IMG/VR virus record: IMGVR_UViG_3300014656_000064
Span: 1 to 38,479 of that record
Source: a virus
Taxonomy: Duplodnaviria; Caudoviricetes
Direction: 5' to 3' (one strand)
Length of the DNA stretch: 38,479 bases
Shown here: positions 25,713 to 35,384 of the stretch, piece by piece
Position numbering within the stretch: position 1 is the stretch's first letter
Layout of the letters: each line of letters starts with the position of its first letter
Program-made: the position numbers and the translations under genes
The notes under the pieces: generated by a model
Databases searched by the model: none
What the model was told of the DNA's origin: nothing
Seen by the model: the letters and a program-made list of their open reading frames with translations, nothing else

Positions 25713-25874
25713 ATGTTAGAAGAGATTTTTCAATTACAATTTCACGGTAAGATGTGTTTTACCGATATCTACAATCTTCCAATAAGCAGAAGGAAGTGGT
25801 TTATCACTCGAACCATCAAAGAAATTGAACAAATCAACAAAGAAATAGAACACGCCACCAAACAAAGAAGATAA
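25713..25874 (+). CDS. small hub assembly protein (gp51-like); possibly the frameshifted C-terminal extension of the upstream gene
   Basis: EEIFQLQFHGKMCFTDIYNLPISRRKWFI..; frame open back through the T7 run at 25679-25685. Confidence 0.7.
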   Translation: MLEEIFQLQFHGKMCFTDIYNLPISRRKWFITRTIKEIEQINKEIEHATKQRR

Positions 25875-25880
25875 CCAGAA

Positions 25881-25905
25881 TGACCCGAGTGAATTGCTCG
25901 GGTCG
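25881..25905 (+). terminator. hairpin at convergent junction
   Basis: TGACCCGAGTG-AAT-TGCTCGGGTCG right after stop 25874; weak U-tract. Confidence 0.6.
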
Positions 25906-25972
25906 TCTATATATTCATATGTCTTTCGGTATTGAATTCAGCTGGGGATGATCTGGTGATACTCTTTATGAT

Positions 25973-26016
25973 AAAATGAGGCTCCTGAGCCGTGTTGTAC
26001 CCAGGAACCTCATTTT
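25973..26016 (-). terminator. long hairpin terminating the tail tube transcript
   Basis: Minus strand AAAATGAGGTTCCTGGGT-loop-GCTCAGGAGCCTCATTTT; about 18 bp, with G-U pairs that work only on the minus strand. Confidence 0.75.
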
Positions 26017-26028
26017 TGTGTGGCAGGA

Positions 26029-26514
26029 TTAGAAGTTTAATACGGCGTCGTCATATCTGATAGTGATTGTCACGTTCACCAAATCATCTGACGACATGTC
26101 AAGATCACCAAAATTTGCAGTCGTGATGAAGGCGCCGTTGATCGTCCACTTTTCTACAGTTTCGCCAACGGGATCTAGAAGTTTTAGAATGACGGTTTGT
26201 TTATAATTTGAAGCATATCCCATTTTACCGGTGGTGTGTTCAACACATAGTCTAACCCAGTCCATTACCTTTTGTGAGGTCGAAGGACCGATTGCATCAA
26301 TGAATGTAATATCTAGTGTTTCCCAAACAGAACGACCTGCAACCCACTTGCTAGTATTCATCCATTGGATTTCAGTTTCGTTTATTGTTGCTGTTGGGCG
26401 ACTCGATGTCTGAACCATCCATTCAGAAAAATCTAGCCCCGGAAATTCAATGTACCATCTATTTTTGCGTTTTGGTTCGTTATAATAAGGTACAGGACTA
26501 AGCATTTGGACCAT
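26029..26514 (-). CDS. gp19: tail tube protein (T4 gp19-like)
   Basis: EPKRKNRW, SSRPT, VAGRSVWETLDITFID, YKQTVILKLLDPVGETVEKWTINGAF..FGDLD..ITIRYD; AAGGAG RBS. Confidence 0.93.
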   Translation of the reverse strand: MVQMLSPVPYYNEPKRKNRWYIEFPGLDFSEWMVQTSSRPTATINETEIQWMNTSKWVAGRSVWETLDITFIDAIGPSTSQKVMDWVRLCVEHTTGKMGYASNYKQTVILKLLDPVGETVEKWTINGAFITTANFGDLDMSSDDLVNVTITIRYDDAVLNF

Positions 26515-26595
26515 GAGTGTCTCCTTTTCTAGAATATAAATATCACTAAAAAAAAATGATGCATAATATTTATATTCAAACCGCGGAGTGGAATA

Positions 26596-29130
26596 ATGGA
26601 TAACGGATTCGGTTCACAAGATGGACTATTTGGAAATTTTGGTGAAATTCTTAAAGATTTTGCTGGTTCAGTTAAAGACGGTGGAATGTCGTTTGCTTCT
26701 GCTGCCGCTGGAATTTCTATGGGTGCTAATATATTTGGCAATAGCGTAGATAAGTTAAAAGAATTTTCGCAAAGTAATGATTTCTTTGCTACTGTTTTAT
26801 CGTCATTTAGACAGGGTATAAAAATTTTTGGATTAGCCGAGTTGGCAACCACTATTGTTAATCTTACGACATCAATATATTCAGTAAGACGAGATCTTAG
26901 TCGTGATCTTGGTATTGTTGGAAAAGAACGAGAACGTTCTCTCGACATACTAAATAAACAAACAGAATTAACACTCCGTTTTGGAATTGGTCTTAGTTCT
27001 AATTTCGAGATGTTTAAAGCACTATCTAAAGAATTCAAAGATTTTACAATACCATTGAGGTTAGGAAACCTAGTTGCCGAATCATCTATTATATCAGAAA
27101 GATTTCAATTAACGGCTGATCAAACTTCTGCTATTGTTGCTAATCTTGTTAAGTTTGGCGGTAAGAGCGTTGCTGAGTTAAGAGAGTTTTTTGAAACTGT
27201 TGAAGGTACCTCTGTAAAAGAACTTGTTCCGTTTACCATGGTTGCTCAGAACATTTCAAACGCTTCGAAAGAGATGTATCGTTTTAATTTACAATCTAGA
27301 AGCGGCGTACAAAACTTTAGAAAAATGTCTGTTTGGGCTACTAAGCTTGGAATAGAAATGACAACACTTATAGGCGCAACCGATAAATTAAGAACATTTC
27401 AGCCTGCTATGGAATTAGCGGCACAGTTTGGTAGATTTGGAGTACCAATATCACCACTACAAGTTATGGGTGCAGCTAGAACAAACGACTTTACCTTTGT
27501 GGCAGAGCGTCTATTATCAGCTATTGCTGCTCAAGGCGCAACGAGCAAAGGGCAACTTACTTCTATTGGCTTCGATATGGCAAGTGTTCTTGGTGATTCA
27601 ATTGGAATGTCAACAGATGAAATACAACATGCCATTCAAATCATGACAACACAAAATATTTCTGCGCAAGAAGCGATGGCAGATTATAATGATAACTTAG
27701 AGAAATCTTTAAGTTGGCAGCAAAGCTTAGATTCAATTGTTAAGAAACTACTATGGGGATTTAATATTGTTGCATCGAAGGCCATGCCTGCTCTCGATAG
27801 AGGAATATCTTCTATTGCAAAAACGGCAAAACAAATGTCACCGGCTATTAGGGAGTTTGCAAATGGCTTTTTAGCATTTATGGGAATTGTTAATGCGACA
27901 ATAGTTCCAGCACTATTATTTATTGTTAAGGGTATTGGTTTAATCTTTAAAGGATTGGATAAAGCTTTTGGCGGGTGGCTTCCAAAGATTCTTGGTGGAA
28001 TGTTGGCAGCATTAACAACATTAGTTATCCTTAGAATTGGTGGACAGGCCGTCGGAAACGTAGTCAAAGGTGTTGGTCGGGCTCCTGCAAGATTTATGGA
28101 TTGGTTTTTCAATCGTAGCAAAGGTGATGCTGGGGCAATAAATCAAGGCGTAGGAAAAACCTTTGAACGGGCTGGATCTGTAGGTAAACGAGGCAAAACA
28201 TTTGGTGGCGGTAAAACAACCATGCTTGGTGATGCAATCAAGAAGATGAGTCCACTTAAAATGGTTGCTATGTCAAAACTGCTGTTATCGACTGGTCTTG
28301 CTATGATTTCATTTGCTAGTTCAGTGTTAATCTTAGCCTTTGCGTTTAAGAAGTTTAATGAAGTAGAACCAGAAAGTATTGCCAAGGGATTTGCAGCAAT
28401 TGGGTCTATGGTTGGATCTTTATTTTTGATGTCCAAATTTATTAATGTATTTTCTAAAGACGCCTTGTTTGCTATTCCAGTAATGTTCGCCATGGCTGGC
28501 GCAACTTGGGCATTAGGATCAGCTATGCAAACATTCAATAAAATAGAATGGAAACAACTTGGATTAGCGGCAGTAACCCTTGTTGGTTTAACAGCCGCTA
28601 TGGTTGGTATTGGCGCCATAATAGGAACCGGATTTGGTGGAGCTGCAATTGGATTAGGAATGGTTGGAGTGCTCGGTATGGCAGCAGCCATTGCGTCGTT
28701 AGGACTAGCAATGCAAACTTTTATTCCAGTTGTAACGCCAATGCTCGCAGGTTTAAATGGGTTACACGAATTTTTAGCTAATATTTCAGATCTTCCATTG
28801 CTGAAACTTGGAGCAGGACTAATGCTAATTGGTTCAGGGTTAGGTGGAATCGGTCTAGCATCAAGCGTATTGGGATTTGCTTCTAATATGATGAGTTCTG
28901 ATAGAAGTAATGCAACAGACAAGATTATATCTAATACTAACCGGCTCGTATCAATAGATTTAAGACTACATGAACTTTCAGTTGCGATGCATAAAATGAT
29001 TGCGGCTATGACTACTAGAGAAGAAAGACAACCAGTAACATTAGAAACAAAAGTCGAATTAGATGGTAGGACACTAATAAAACAAGTTACTGATCATCTC
29101 GTTACAACTAAATGGAAGCCGGCGGGGTAA
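26596..29130 (+). CDS. tape measure protein
   Basis: 844 aa, Ala/Gly-rich helical repeats with hydrophobic C-terminal half, terminal VELDGRTL; adjacent to tube and baseplate genes. Confidence 0.85.
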   Translation: MDNGFGSQDGLFGNFGEILKDFAGSVKDGGMSFASAAAGISMGANIFGNSVDKLKEFSQSNDFFATVLSSFRQGIKIFGLAELATTIVNLTTSIYSVRRDLSRDLGIVGKERERSLDILNKQTELTLRFGIGLSSNFEMFKALSKEFKDFTIPLRLGNLVAESSIISERFQLTADQTSAIVANLVKFGGKSVAELREFFETVEGTSVKELVPFTMVAQNISNASKEMYRFNLQSRSGVQNFRKMSVWATKLGIEMTTLIGATDKLRTFQPAMELAAQFGRFGVPISPLQVMGAARTNDFTFVAERLLSAIAAQGATSKGQLTSIGFDMASVLGDSIGMSTDEIQHAIQIMTTQNISAQEAMADYNDNLEKSLSWQQSLDSIVKKLLWGFNIVASKAMPALDRGISSIAKTAKQMSPAIREFANGFLAFMGIVNATIVPALLFIVKGIGLIFKGLDKAFGGWLPKILGGMLAALTTLVILRIGGQAVGNVVKGVGRAPARFMDWFFNRSKGDAGAINQGVGKTFERAGSVGKRGKTFGGGKTTMLGDAIKKMSPLKMVAMSKLLLSTGLAMISFASSVLILAFAFKKFNEVEPESIAKGFAAIGSMVGSLFLMSKFINVFSKDALFAIPVMFAMAGATWALGSAMQTFNKIEWKQLGLAAVTLVGLTAAMVGIGAIIGTGFGGAAIGLGMVGVLGMAAAIASLGLAMQTFIPVVTPMLAGLNGLHEFLANISDLPLLKLGAGLMLIGSGLGGIGLASSVLGFASNMMSSDRSNATDKIISNTNRLVSIDLRLHELSVAMHKMIAAMTTREERQPVTLETKVELDGRTLIKQVTDHLVTTKWKPAG

Positions 29131-29133
29131 AGC

Positions 29134-30519
29134 GTGCCTGATAACTATGATGAAAATCAATCCTTAATTAGAGTAAAAGAAACTCCAACAGATCTAAGTT
29201 ATGATGAGATAACTTCTCTTATTAAAAATGGAGATACCATCATACGAGAATATTCTACAGATTCGTTAATTGTTGAGTCGGCCGGTTTAGAAAGAGAACG
29301 TCTGACAGCTCTTAACAAAGTAGATGTTATTGATATGTCTATTGATCAAGTAATAAATGAGGGGTTGACAATACTTGGTAACTTAACATTAAGTTCAGTT
29401 GTTAGTCCTATTAAGATTGGTGGATTTAGTCTTAATAATGTTGTAGATTCAATCAAAACTTCAACACTATCTATAATACAATTGTTTCCAGATAGAGGTA
29501 TAGGGCCAATTGAAGAATTACCATTCTATCAACTAGAGAATCATCCTAGAAATCAAAATTTAGTAACAACAACGCAAACCGGTTTAGAGCATTCTATTAG
29601 AGCTAGATTACACCAAGCAAACGAAAATACATATGTTAAGAATGCTTTTGAATACGGAGATAATCTATTCAATTCATTAGCGGGCATAAAAGTAAGTAAC
29701 ATCGAAAGAACGGCCCGAGATAATATTAAGAGAAATCTAAGTTCTAAGGGGGCTGAAAATAATATTGTTGACAAGATATATCCAATTTTTGGTATATCAT
29801 TGCAAGACAAACAACCACAAAACAAATGGTATCCATTAGAAGGATTGGGCGCAGGTCTTGGTCCGTCTTTCTCACCAGAAGAATTAGAAAAAAAGACTTT
29901 TAATTTCAAGATGTATAATCTTGCTTCGAACACAGCTCAATCATTTCCAGCATATATTCGGACATTCAACGAAAGTTTAGACGTAACGTGGGATGAAATT
30001 GAATTTCTAAACAGAAGTGAAAGCATAGAAATATATCAACGAGCATCGAGATCGTTTACTTTAGAATTCTGGATTTTTGCTACAATTGACTCATTAAGAT
30101 CTAGCGATTATCGAATTGCAAACCAAGGAGATCCATATCCGGTGTCTACAATTGAAGCTGTTACGTCTAACGGAATAAAGATTATTGAGCTTGTTGATAA
30201 GGCTGAAATGTGGAATAAGATAAACTTCCTACATTCGTTAACTCGGCCATTATATGGAGACAACAATACTTATGTGAAAGCACCGTATTTTAGACTATGG
30301 ATTGGAGATCTAATAAAGGGAATTTATTCTAATGTGTCAAATATAAACATATCATATGATCCACTGGTTTGGGATTTAAATGATGACAATCATCGACCAA
30401 TGATTGCGATGATAACGATGGCTGGTAAATTCTTCCACGGTGTTGCACCAAATGCTAGTGACCCAGATTTTTATAGAGATTATGCCATAGAAGAGGAAAC
30501 TCATGCCAAAGCAAACTAA
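29134..30519 (+). CDS. baseplate/tail tube initiator-like protein
   Basis: FPAYIRTFNES..W..I.FLNRSE.I.IYQRASRSFTLEF, APYFRLWIGD..NINISYD tube-fold pattern. Confidence 0.7.
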   Translation: MPDNYDENQSLIRVKETPTDLSYDEITSLIKNGDTIIREYSTDSLIVESAGLERERLTALNKVDVIDMSIDQVINEGLTILGNLTLSSVVSPIKIGGFSLNNVVDSIKTSTLSIIQLFPDRGIGPIEELPFYQLENHPRNQNLVTTTQTGLEHSIRARLHQANENTYVKNAFEYGDNLFNSLAGIKVSNIERTARDNIKRNLSSKGAENNIVDKIYPIFGISLQDKQPQNKWYPLEGLGAGLGPSFSPEELEKKTFNFKMYNLASNTAQSFPAYIRTFNESLDVTWDEIEFLNRSESIEIYQRASRSFTLEFWIFATIDSLRSSDYRIANQGDPYPVSTIEAVTSNGIKIIELVDKAEMWNKINFLHSLTRPLYGDNNTYVKAPYFRLWIGDLIKGIYSNVSNINISYDPLVWDLNDDNHRPMIAMITMAGKFFHGVAPNASDPDFYRDYAIEEETHAKAN

Positions 30520-30808
30520 TCGTTATGTGAATGTTTTTGGGATGACTAAGACTAAAAATAACACCCCAACTACAAATAGCACACCATATGCTGTTCGTGA
30601 TAGAGAAACCGATATTTATATTACCTATAACGATGCAGATCGTCTTGATCTTGTTTCACAAAGAGTGTATGGATCACCAAATTTTTGGTGGTTGATATTA
30701 AGTGTAAATGGTTTTTCTATTGAATTCGACATTGAATCGGGTGATATCCTTAGAATTCCATATCCACTAAATGATGTCTTAGATGAAATACGAGGACAGG
30801 TTGTATGA
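30503..30808 (+). CDS. LysM-like baseplate wedge protein (gp53/tail X-like)
   Basis: DRLDLVSQRVYGSPNFWWLILSVN...GDILRIP. Confidence 0.85.
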   Translation: MPKQTNRYVNVFGMTKTKNNTPTTNSTPYAVRDRETDIYITYNDADRLDLVSQRVYGSPNFWWLILSVNGFSIEFDIESGDILRIPYPLNDVLDEIRGQVV

Positions 30809-32421
30809 TTCAAGATCTAGTTCCATATGCAAAACTTGTTAAGAGATTTCCAGCTGGAGATATACTTGATTTTTCTCGTATTGTGTCTGAGAACGTATTC
30901 CTTGATCCTTTAAAGATATACGGACTACAAACAGTAACCGCCCGGTATGTTATGGGTGCAATTGAAATCGATGCAGTTATTGTGTTTCATCAAAATATAA
31001 TTGCCGAAGGCACAGATAAGAATAGTTTGATTAGGAAAACTCTATCATTTGACGGTGAATGGGAACTAGAGTTTGGTTGGGGTGGCGGTCTCAATAGAGA
31101 ACAAACATTCAAGATTACAAACATGGCTATGTTGAAATTTAATATTATTGGAGATGCAAAGAATAAGATTTTCAATGTAGAATTAAAATTAATACCAAAA
31201 TTAAATTATTCTCTTGGAAAGATTCAATTAGCCTCGTGTATTCAAACCGTTGACCACTATACCTCTGCTTTTTCCGACGATGCAATAAAAAAAGAAGTTA
31301 CTCTAGGAAATGTTATCGCTAGAGTTTTAAATGAGTGTAAAGAAATTATAGCAACAGCGAAAAAAAATATTGGCACTGGACCACTAGTTGTTCCAAGAAA
31401 AGAAGGCCCAATATCAATAGAACATTATAATCAAGTGGTCAATGAATTCGAAACGCAACGAATGCTAGCTAATCTAAATGAAAGTGATATTCCATCCCCA
31501 AGCGAAATATATCTTGTATCATTTGGAGCAAACGATACTGAAGCAGAAGGAAAAGCATTTGATTTCCATAATAAGCCTATGACACACACACAAGCGTTTG
31601 ATGAGATAGCAAATCTAGTAAACAATAACATCACCGTATTTGAATTCATTGAAAATATGTTGATTGATAATGGATATGCAACATATCTACATCAGACAAA
31701 GGTTGGATCTACTGGCAAACTAACGTGGATGATTATACAGAGCGCGTTTAACAATATAGGAAAGTATTCAGAAAAAGAATATAGAGGAATCACAGAAGGA
31801 AAGATCGAAGTTTCTCCAAATGATATTAACCGAACATCAAAGTCGTTAATTTCTGGTCAAAGTGGTAAGATAGAAAACATTTTCAATGTACATTCTAGAA
31901 GCAATATAATAAAATCTATACAAATCGAAACAGAAGAAGGCGAACCAACAATTATTGCATCTAAAGCAGCCGATGCCGCAGTTGGGGCAACAGGATTCAT
32001 TGAAGGTAATAATACAAGTTTTCCAAAAGATTCTAGAAACAACATTGTTGATGTTTTCGAGTATTTAGTTGGAATGTCGAAGAAGGCAACGTTAAATATT
32101 CTTGGTTTACCAATAATTACAATTAATGATAATATCAATCTAGAATTTGGTGGTAGATTATTTAGCGGGCTATATAAAGTTATTGAAGTAAAGCATACAA
32201 TAGACTCCACGTTTACAACTGATGTTATAGTTGTGCAAACTTTAGAAGGTCTTCCTTCCGAAGTTAATAATTTTGGAGCAACGCCAATTATTGAACCCGC
32301 TTTTGCTTTACCAGAAGATTTCATCGATTTGCTTACTAAAGACAATAGTTTTGGTTCAGAGAGTGATGAAGCGCTAACTAAAGAAGAACAAATATCGCGT
32401 GCTAGAAGAAAAGTATTTTAA
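30805..32421 (+). CDS. baseplate hub protein (gp27/gpD-like)
   Basis: LEFGW near N-terminus; TLNILGLP...FSGLYKVIEVKHTID..FTT near C-terminus. Confidence 0.7.
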   Translation: MIQDLVPYAKLVKRFPAGDILDFSRIVSENVFLDPLKIYGLQTVTARYVMGAIEIDAVIVFHQNIIAEGTDKNSLIRKTLSFDGEWELEFGWGGGLNREQTFKITNMAMLKFNIIGDAKNKIFNVELKLIPKLNYSLGKIQLASCIQTVDHYTSAFSDDAIKKEVTLGNVIARVLNECKEIIATAKKNIGTGPLVVPRKEGPISIEHYNQVVNEFETQRMLANLNESDIPSPSEIYLVSFGANDTEAEGKAFDFHNKPMTHTQAFDEIANLVNNNITVFEFIENMLIDNGYATYLHQTKVGSTGKLTWMIIQSAFNNIGKYSEKEYRGITEGKIEVSPNDINRTSKSLISGQSGKIENIFNVHSRSNIIKSIQIETEEGEPTIIASKAADAAVGATGFIEGNNTSFPKDSRNNIVDVFEYLVGMSKKATLNILGLPIITINDNINLEFGGRLFSGLYKVIEVKHTIDSTFTTDVIVVQTLEGLPSEVNNFGATPIIEPAFALPEDFIDLLTKDNSFGSESDEALTKEEQISRARRKVF

Positions 32422-33177
32422 ATGGTTATTTGTAATGTGTTATTAGATACTATCGACGAAAAGATATCTAATTTAAATACAAAAAAGATAATAAATGTCT
32501 GCACAGATCTAACTCAAATTGACACGACTGTGGAGACACTTGTCTATGGATATTCTCTTGCCAAGAAACTATTTGGAAAATACCTCAATCCAACCACAGC
32601 TAAGATAAACTCATCATACTATTGGTCTTTTTCTACAAACGAGAAAGAGAACACAACTATTGTTGATGAGTTTATTGAAAGTCGCGTTAAAAAATATTTC
32701 AAGTGTATAGAAAATGGTATTGATGTTGTTATAAAAGAGTTCGATATAGATATTTTTGTAGATCATCTTACCGAATATCCCCTGCTTCATCGAGGGAAGC
32801 ACGAGATATACGTGGTTGATTACAGAGCATCCAATCAATATATTATTCATTCGTTCAAGAAAGACACCTTGGAGTATTCTGGTGTCTCTCCCGATGTATT
32901 CTTTAATGCCATTATTGACAAGTTACACTCAGAATGTATTATGTTCTCAACAGACGAAATAGATTTATTTAATGATAGGGAAGTTTTACCACTATTTCTA
33001 CAAGATTTATATCTAGCTGAGACAAACATATGGCTTACCATGAAAGATATTGAACGTGAAGTTATGATTCTTAAAAACACTAATACGATCTCTAAGGCAG
33101 ACGTGTTAATATTTTTGGTAAAGAAACTAGAGTTTATTAGAAATAGACGAAAAGAAATCAGATTAAATTATGTTTGA
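32422..33177 (+). CDS. hypothetical protein
   Basis: 251-aa ORF abutting the upstream stop and overlapping the polymerase-like gene. Confidence 0.75.
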   Translation: MVICNVLLDTIDEKISNLNTKKIINVCTDLTQIDTTVETLVYGYSLAKKLFGKYLNPTTAKINSSYYWSFSTNEKENTTIVDEFIESRVKKYFKCIENGIDVVIKEFDIDIFVDHLTEYPLLHRGKHEIYVVDYRASNQYIIHSFKKDTLEYSGVSPDVFFNAIIDKLHSECIMFSTDEIDLFNDREVLPLFLQDLYLAETNIWLTMKDIEREVMILKNTNTISKADVLIFLVKKLEFIRNRRKEIRLNYV

Positions 33178-34096
33178 AACTGTCCAATCATATAAAAGGA
33201 ATATTCAGTCTGCAAAAGCAGAACAATTACTGGCACGATGTAATATTTTTATCGATTTGGCCCTTCTTCGCGCGGCGAATATGGCTAAAAAAGATAAGAC
33301 CTTCTATTCATTGCTATCGTTAGCGTCTGATAATAATGGTTATATCACAACAGAATATCAGGGCAGGGATAAGGTGACCTTTCGTATGTTTGTAAAGAAA
33401 GGTTTTCCTAATATCATTAATATGTCTGATCCTGTTATACTAAAGTCTATGAAATCTAGATATCCAAATGGTAAGATTGTTGAATTAGACTATGCAACAC
33501 AAGAATATACCATTATGTTATCGATGTTAAAGATACTAAATGCCCCAGAAGATCCTCATTACACCGTGTGTGACTTGATTAGGTGTACACGGTCTGAGGC
33601 AAAAGTAATAAACAATACTTTATTTTATGGAACTGATCATAATTATGAAGAAGTGTTAAAAACGCTGAGAAAAAAAGACGCGGAAAATAAAGTTGGTCTT
33701 AAACAATATCTTGCTACGGTCGTTGAAATTAGAAAACGTATTAATAATTTTGTTCTATCACACAATAAGGCTTATGCTACAAAAGGGTTTGTAGTAAACC
33801 CGTATGGTAGAAAACTCTATCCTAAAAAAGAAAGCAACATATTTAATAATATCGCACAATCTGTTGGCTCTGAAGTGTTAATAGATTCAATATTGAAAAT
33901 CGAAGATGTAATAAAAAACGAACCAGTAAGGTTATTGTTCCACAAATTTGATTCTCTTTATTTTGATTTTTCACAAAAAGCTTTATTTGAGTGTTTGAAG
34001 AAAATAAAATGTACAATGGAAACTATAAATCCTAATATTGGGCTTCAAACTAAGATAAAGATAGGAGACAGCGTCGGTGAATTAAGGGAGTTGTGA
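33170..34096 (+). CDS. short family-A DNA polymerase-like protein (palm/fingers only)
   Basis: Motif A IVELDYATQE, motif B RSEAKVINNTLFYG, GFVVNPYGRK, NNIAQSVGSE, variant motif C LFHKFDSLYFD. Confidence 0.75.
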   Translation: MFETVQSYKRNIQSAKAEQLLARCNIFIDLALLRAANMAKKDKTFYSLLSLASDNNGYITTEYQGRDKVTFRMFVKKGFPNIINMSDPVILKSMKSRYPNGKIVELDYATQEYTIMLSMLKILNAPEDPHYTVCDLIRCTRSEAKVINNTLFYGTDHNYEEVLKTLRKKDAENKVGLKQYLATVVEIRKRINNFVLSHNKAYATKGFVVNPYGRKLYPKKESNIFNNIAQSVGSEVLIDSILKIEDVIKNEPVRLLFHKFDSLYFDFSQKALFECLKKIKCTMETINPNIGLQTKIKIGDSVGELREL

Positions 34097-34497
34097 TGAC
34101 AAGATTGCTATTGTTGGCGTCTTTTGTTGATAAAGAAGAACTATATGATGCGCTAGATAGTATTTCGTCGGCAATAAACATAGATCGATCCAAAATTTTT
34201 GTATTTATTAATGAAGATAATCCGGATGAATATATTTTGACATACAATCTAAATTCGGAACTAGCAAACATTAAGTTTACATCTATTTGGAAGAATACAA
34301 TTAGCATACATAGGAAGAAAAATACCAATACACTGTATTCATTGAATGCAATGAACAAATTAATTAAAAAATTCAACAATGGAGTAATGAATCAAAGTTA
34401 CAAATTAAATTGGAGTGAATATCAAAACAGTTTTTTGATAATTAAAGGTGGTAATGTGGTAATAATACCACTCAGATTAGTCAAGATAAATCATTAA
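34093..34497 (+). CDS. hypothetical phage protein
   Basis: GGGAG RBS; YILTYN..TISIHRKKNTNTLYSLNAMN..NWSEYQN. Confidence 0.8.
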   Translation: MMTRLLLLASFVDKEELYDALDSISSAINIDRSKIFVFINEDNPDEYILTYNLNSELANIKFTSIWKNTISIHRKKNTNTLYSLNAMNKLIKKFNNGVMNQSYKLNWSEYQNSFLIIKGGNVVIIPLRLVKINH

Positions 34498-34511
34498 TTT
34501 CAAGAATTATA

Positions 34512-34540
34512 TTTACAGATTCTAAAAAGCAGTGTAATAT
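34512..34540 (+). promoter_or_regulatory. possible promoter for the SSB/recombination operon
   Basis: TTTACA-17 nt-TAATAT, overlapping ATATTTAC. Confidence 0.5.
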
Positions 34541-34598
34541 TTACGCAGTACTACAAAAAAGCAGTATCATGCAACTAAAAAAACAATAGGAGGAAAGC

Positions 34599-35384
34599 AT
34601 GGACATTAACAAACTTAAAGGAAAGCTACAAAATCTACAAAGACAAGGATCAGGATCAAATTTATTTCTAAAGCTATCAGAAGAAAAGCAACAAATTAGA
34701 ATGGTTCCATATCCACATCAAGACGGTAATGACCCATTTATTGAAGTTTATTATCATTATGACATTGCTGGGGTTAGATCATTGATCTGTCCAAATATGA
34801 ACTTTGGTGAGCCTTGTCCTATTTGTGATCTAGCTGAAGAGTTTAGAACTATGGGTGGTAAGGAAAACTGGAGAACGTTCACAACGCTTCAAGCAAAAAT
34901 GAGAACTTATAGTCCGGTTATTGTTAGAGATGCCTCGGAAACGACCGTAAAGCTTTGGGGTTATGGATCTAAGATCTATACCGAGTTGCTTGAAACGTTT
35001 ATGGACGAAGACTATGGTGATCTAAGTAACCCTAATACGGGAAGAGACATTAATGTGTGGTTCATTCCTTCAGGTTCACCTGGAAACGATAGTGATTATT
35101 CGCAACCCAAAATGAAGATCAAACCAGCGCAATCAAAGTTAGCTTCAAATAAGGAGACGGTTATTAAATTGCTCGAGTCAATGCCAAATTATCTGCATGA
35201 AGCAGATGAATTCAAAGCAATGTCATTTGATCAACTTAAGGAACTGGTTAGAAAGTTATCTGATGTAGAGCCGGTTGATACTGATACGGTAGTTTATACT
35301 AAGACCAAAGAATCTAATGACGATGATGAAACAGACGATGATTTAAATGATAAACTTAAGGGTCTATTTGAAGAGGACGACTAG
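34599..35384 (+). CDS. gp32: single-stranded DNA-binding protein (T4 gp32-like)
   Basis: IRMVP, HYD..CP...EPCPICD Zn site, VKLWGYGSKIY, YGDLSNPNTGRD, acidic C-terminal tail; AGGAGG RBS. Confidence 0.9.
   Translation: MDINKLKGKLQNLQRQGSGSNLFLKLSEEKQQIRMVPYPHQDGNDPFIEVYYHYDIAGVRSLICPNMNFGEPCPICDLAEEFRTMGGKENWRTFTTLQAKMRTYSPVIVRDASETTVKLWGYGSKIYTELLETFMDEDYGDLSNPNTGRDINVWFIPSGSPGNDSDYSQPKMKIKPAQSKLASNKETVIKLLESMPNYLHEADEFKAMSFDQLKELVRKLSDVEPVDTDTVVYTKTKESNDDDETDDDLNDKLKGLFEEDD

Noticed and set aside
27684-28922. Long antisense ORFs (145 and 259 aa)
   Set aside because: Shadows of the Ala/Gly-rich tape measure gene with no independent motifs or RBS.
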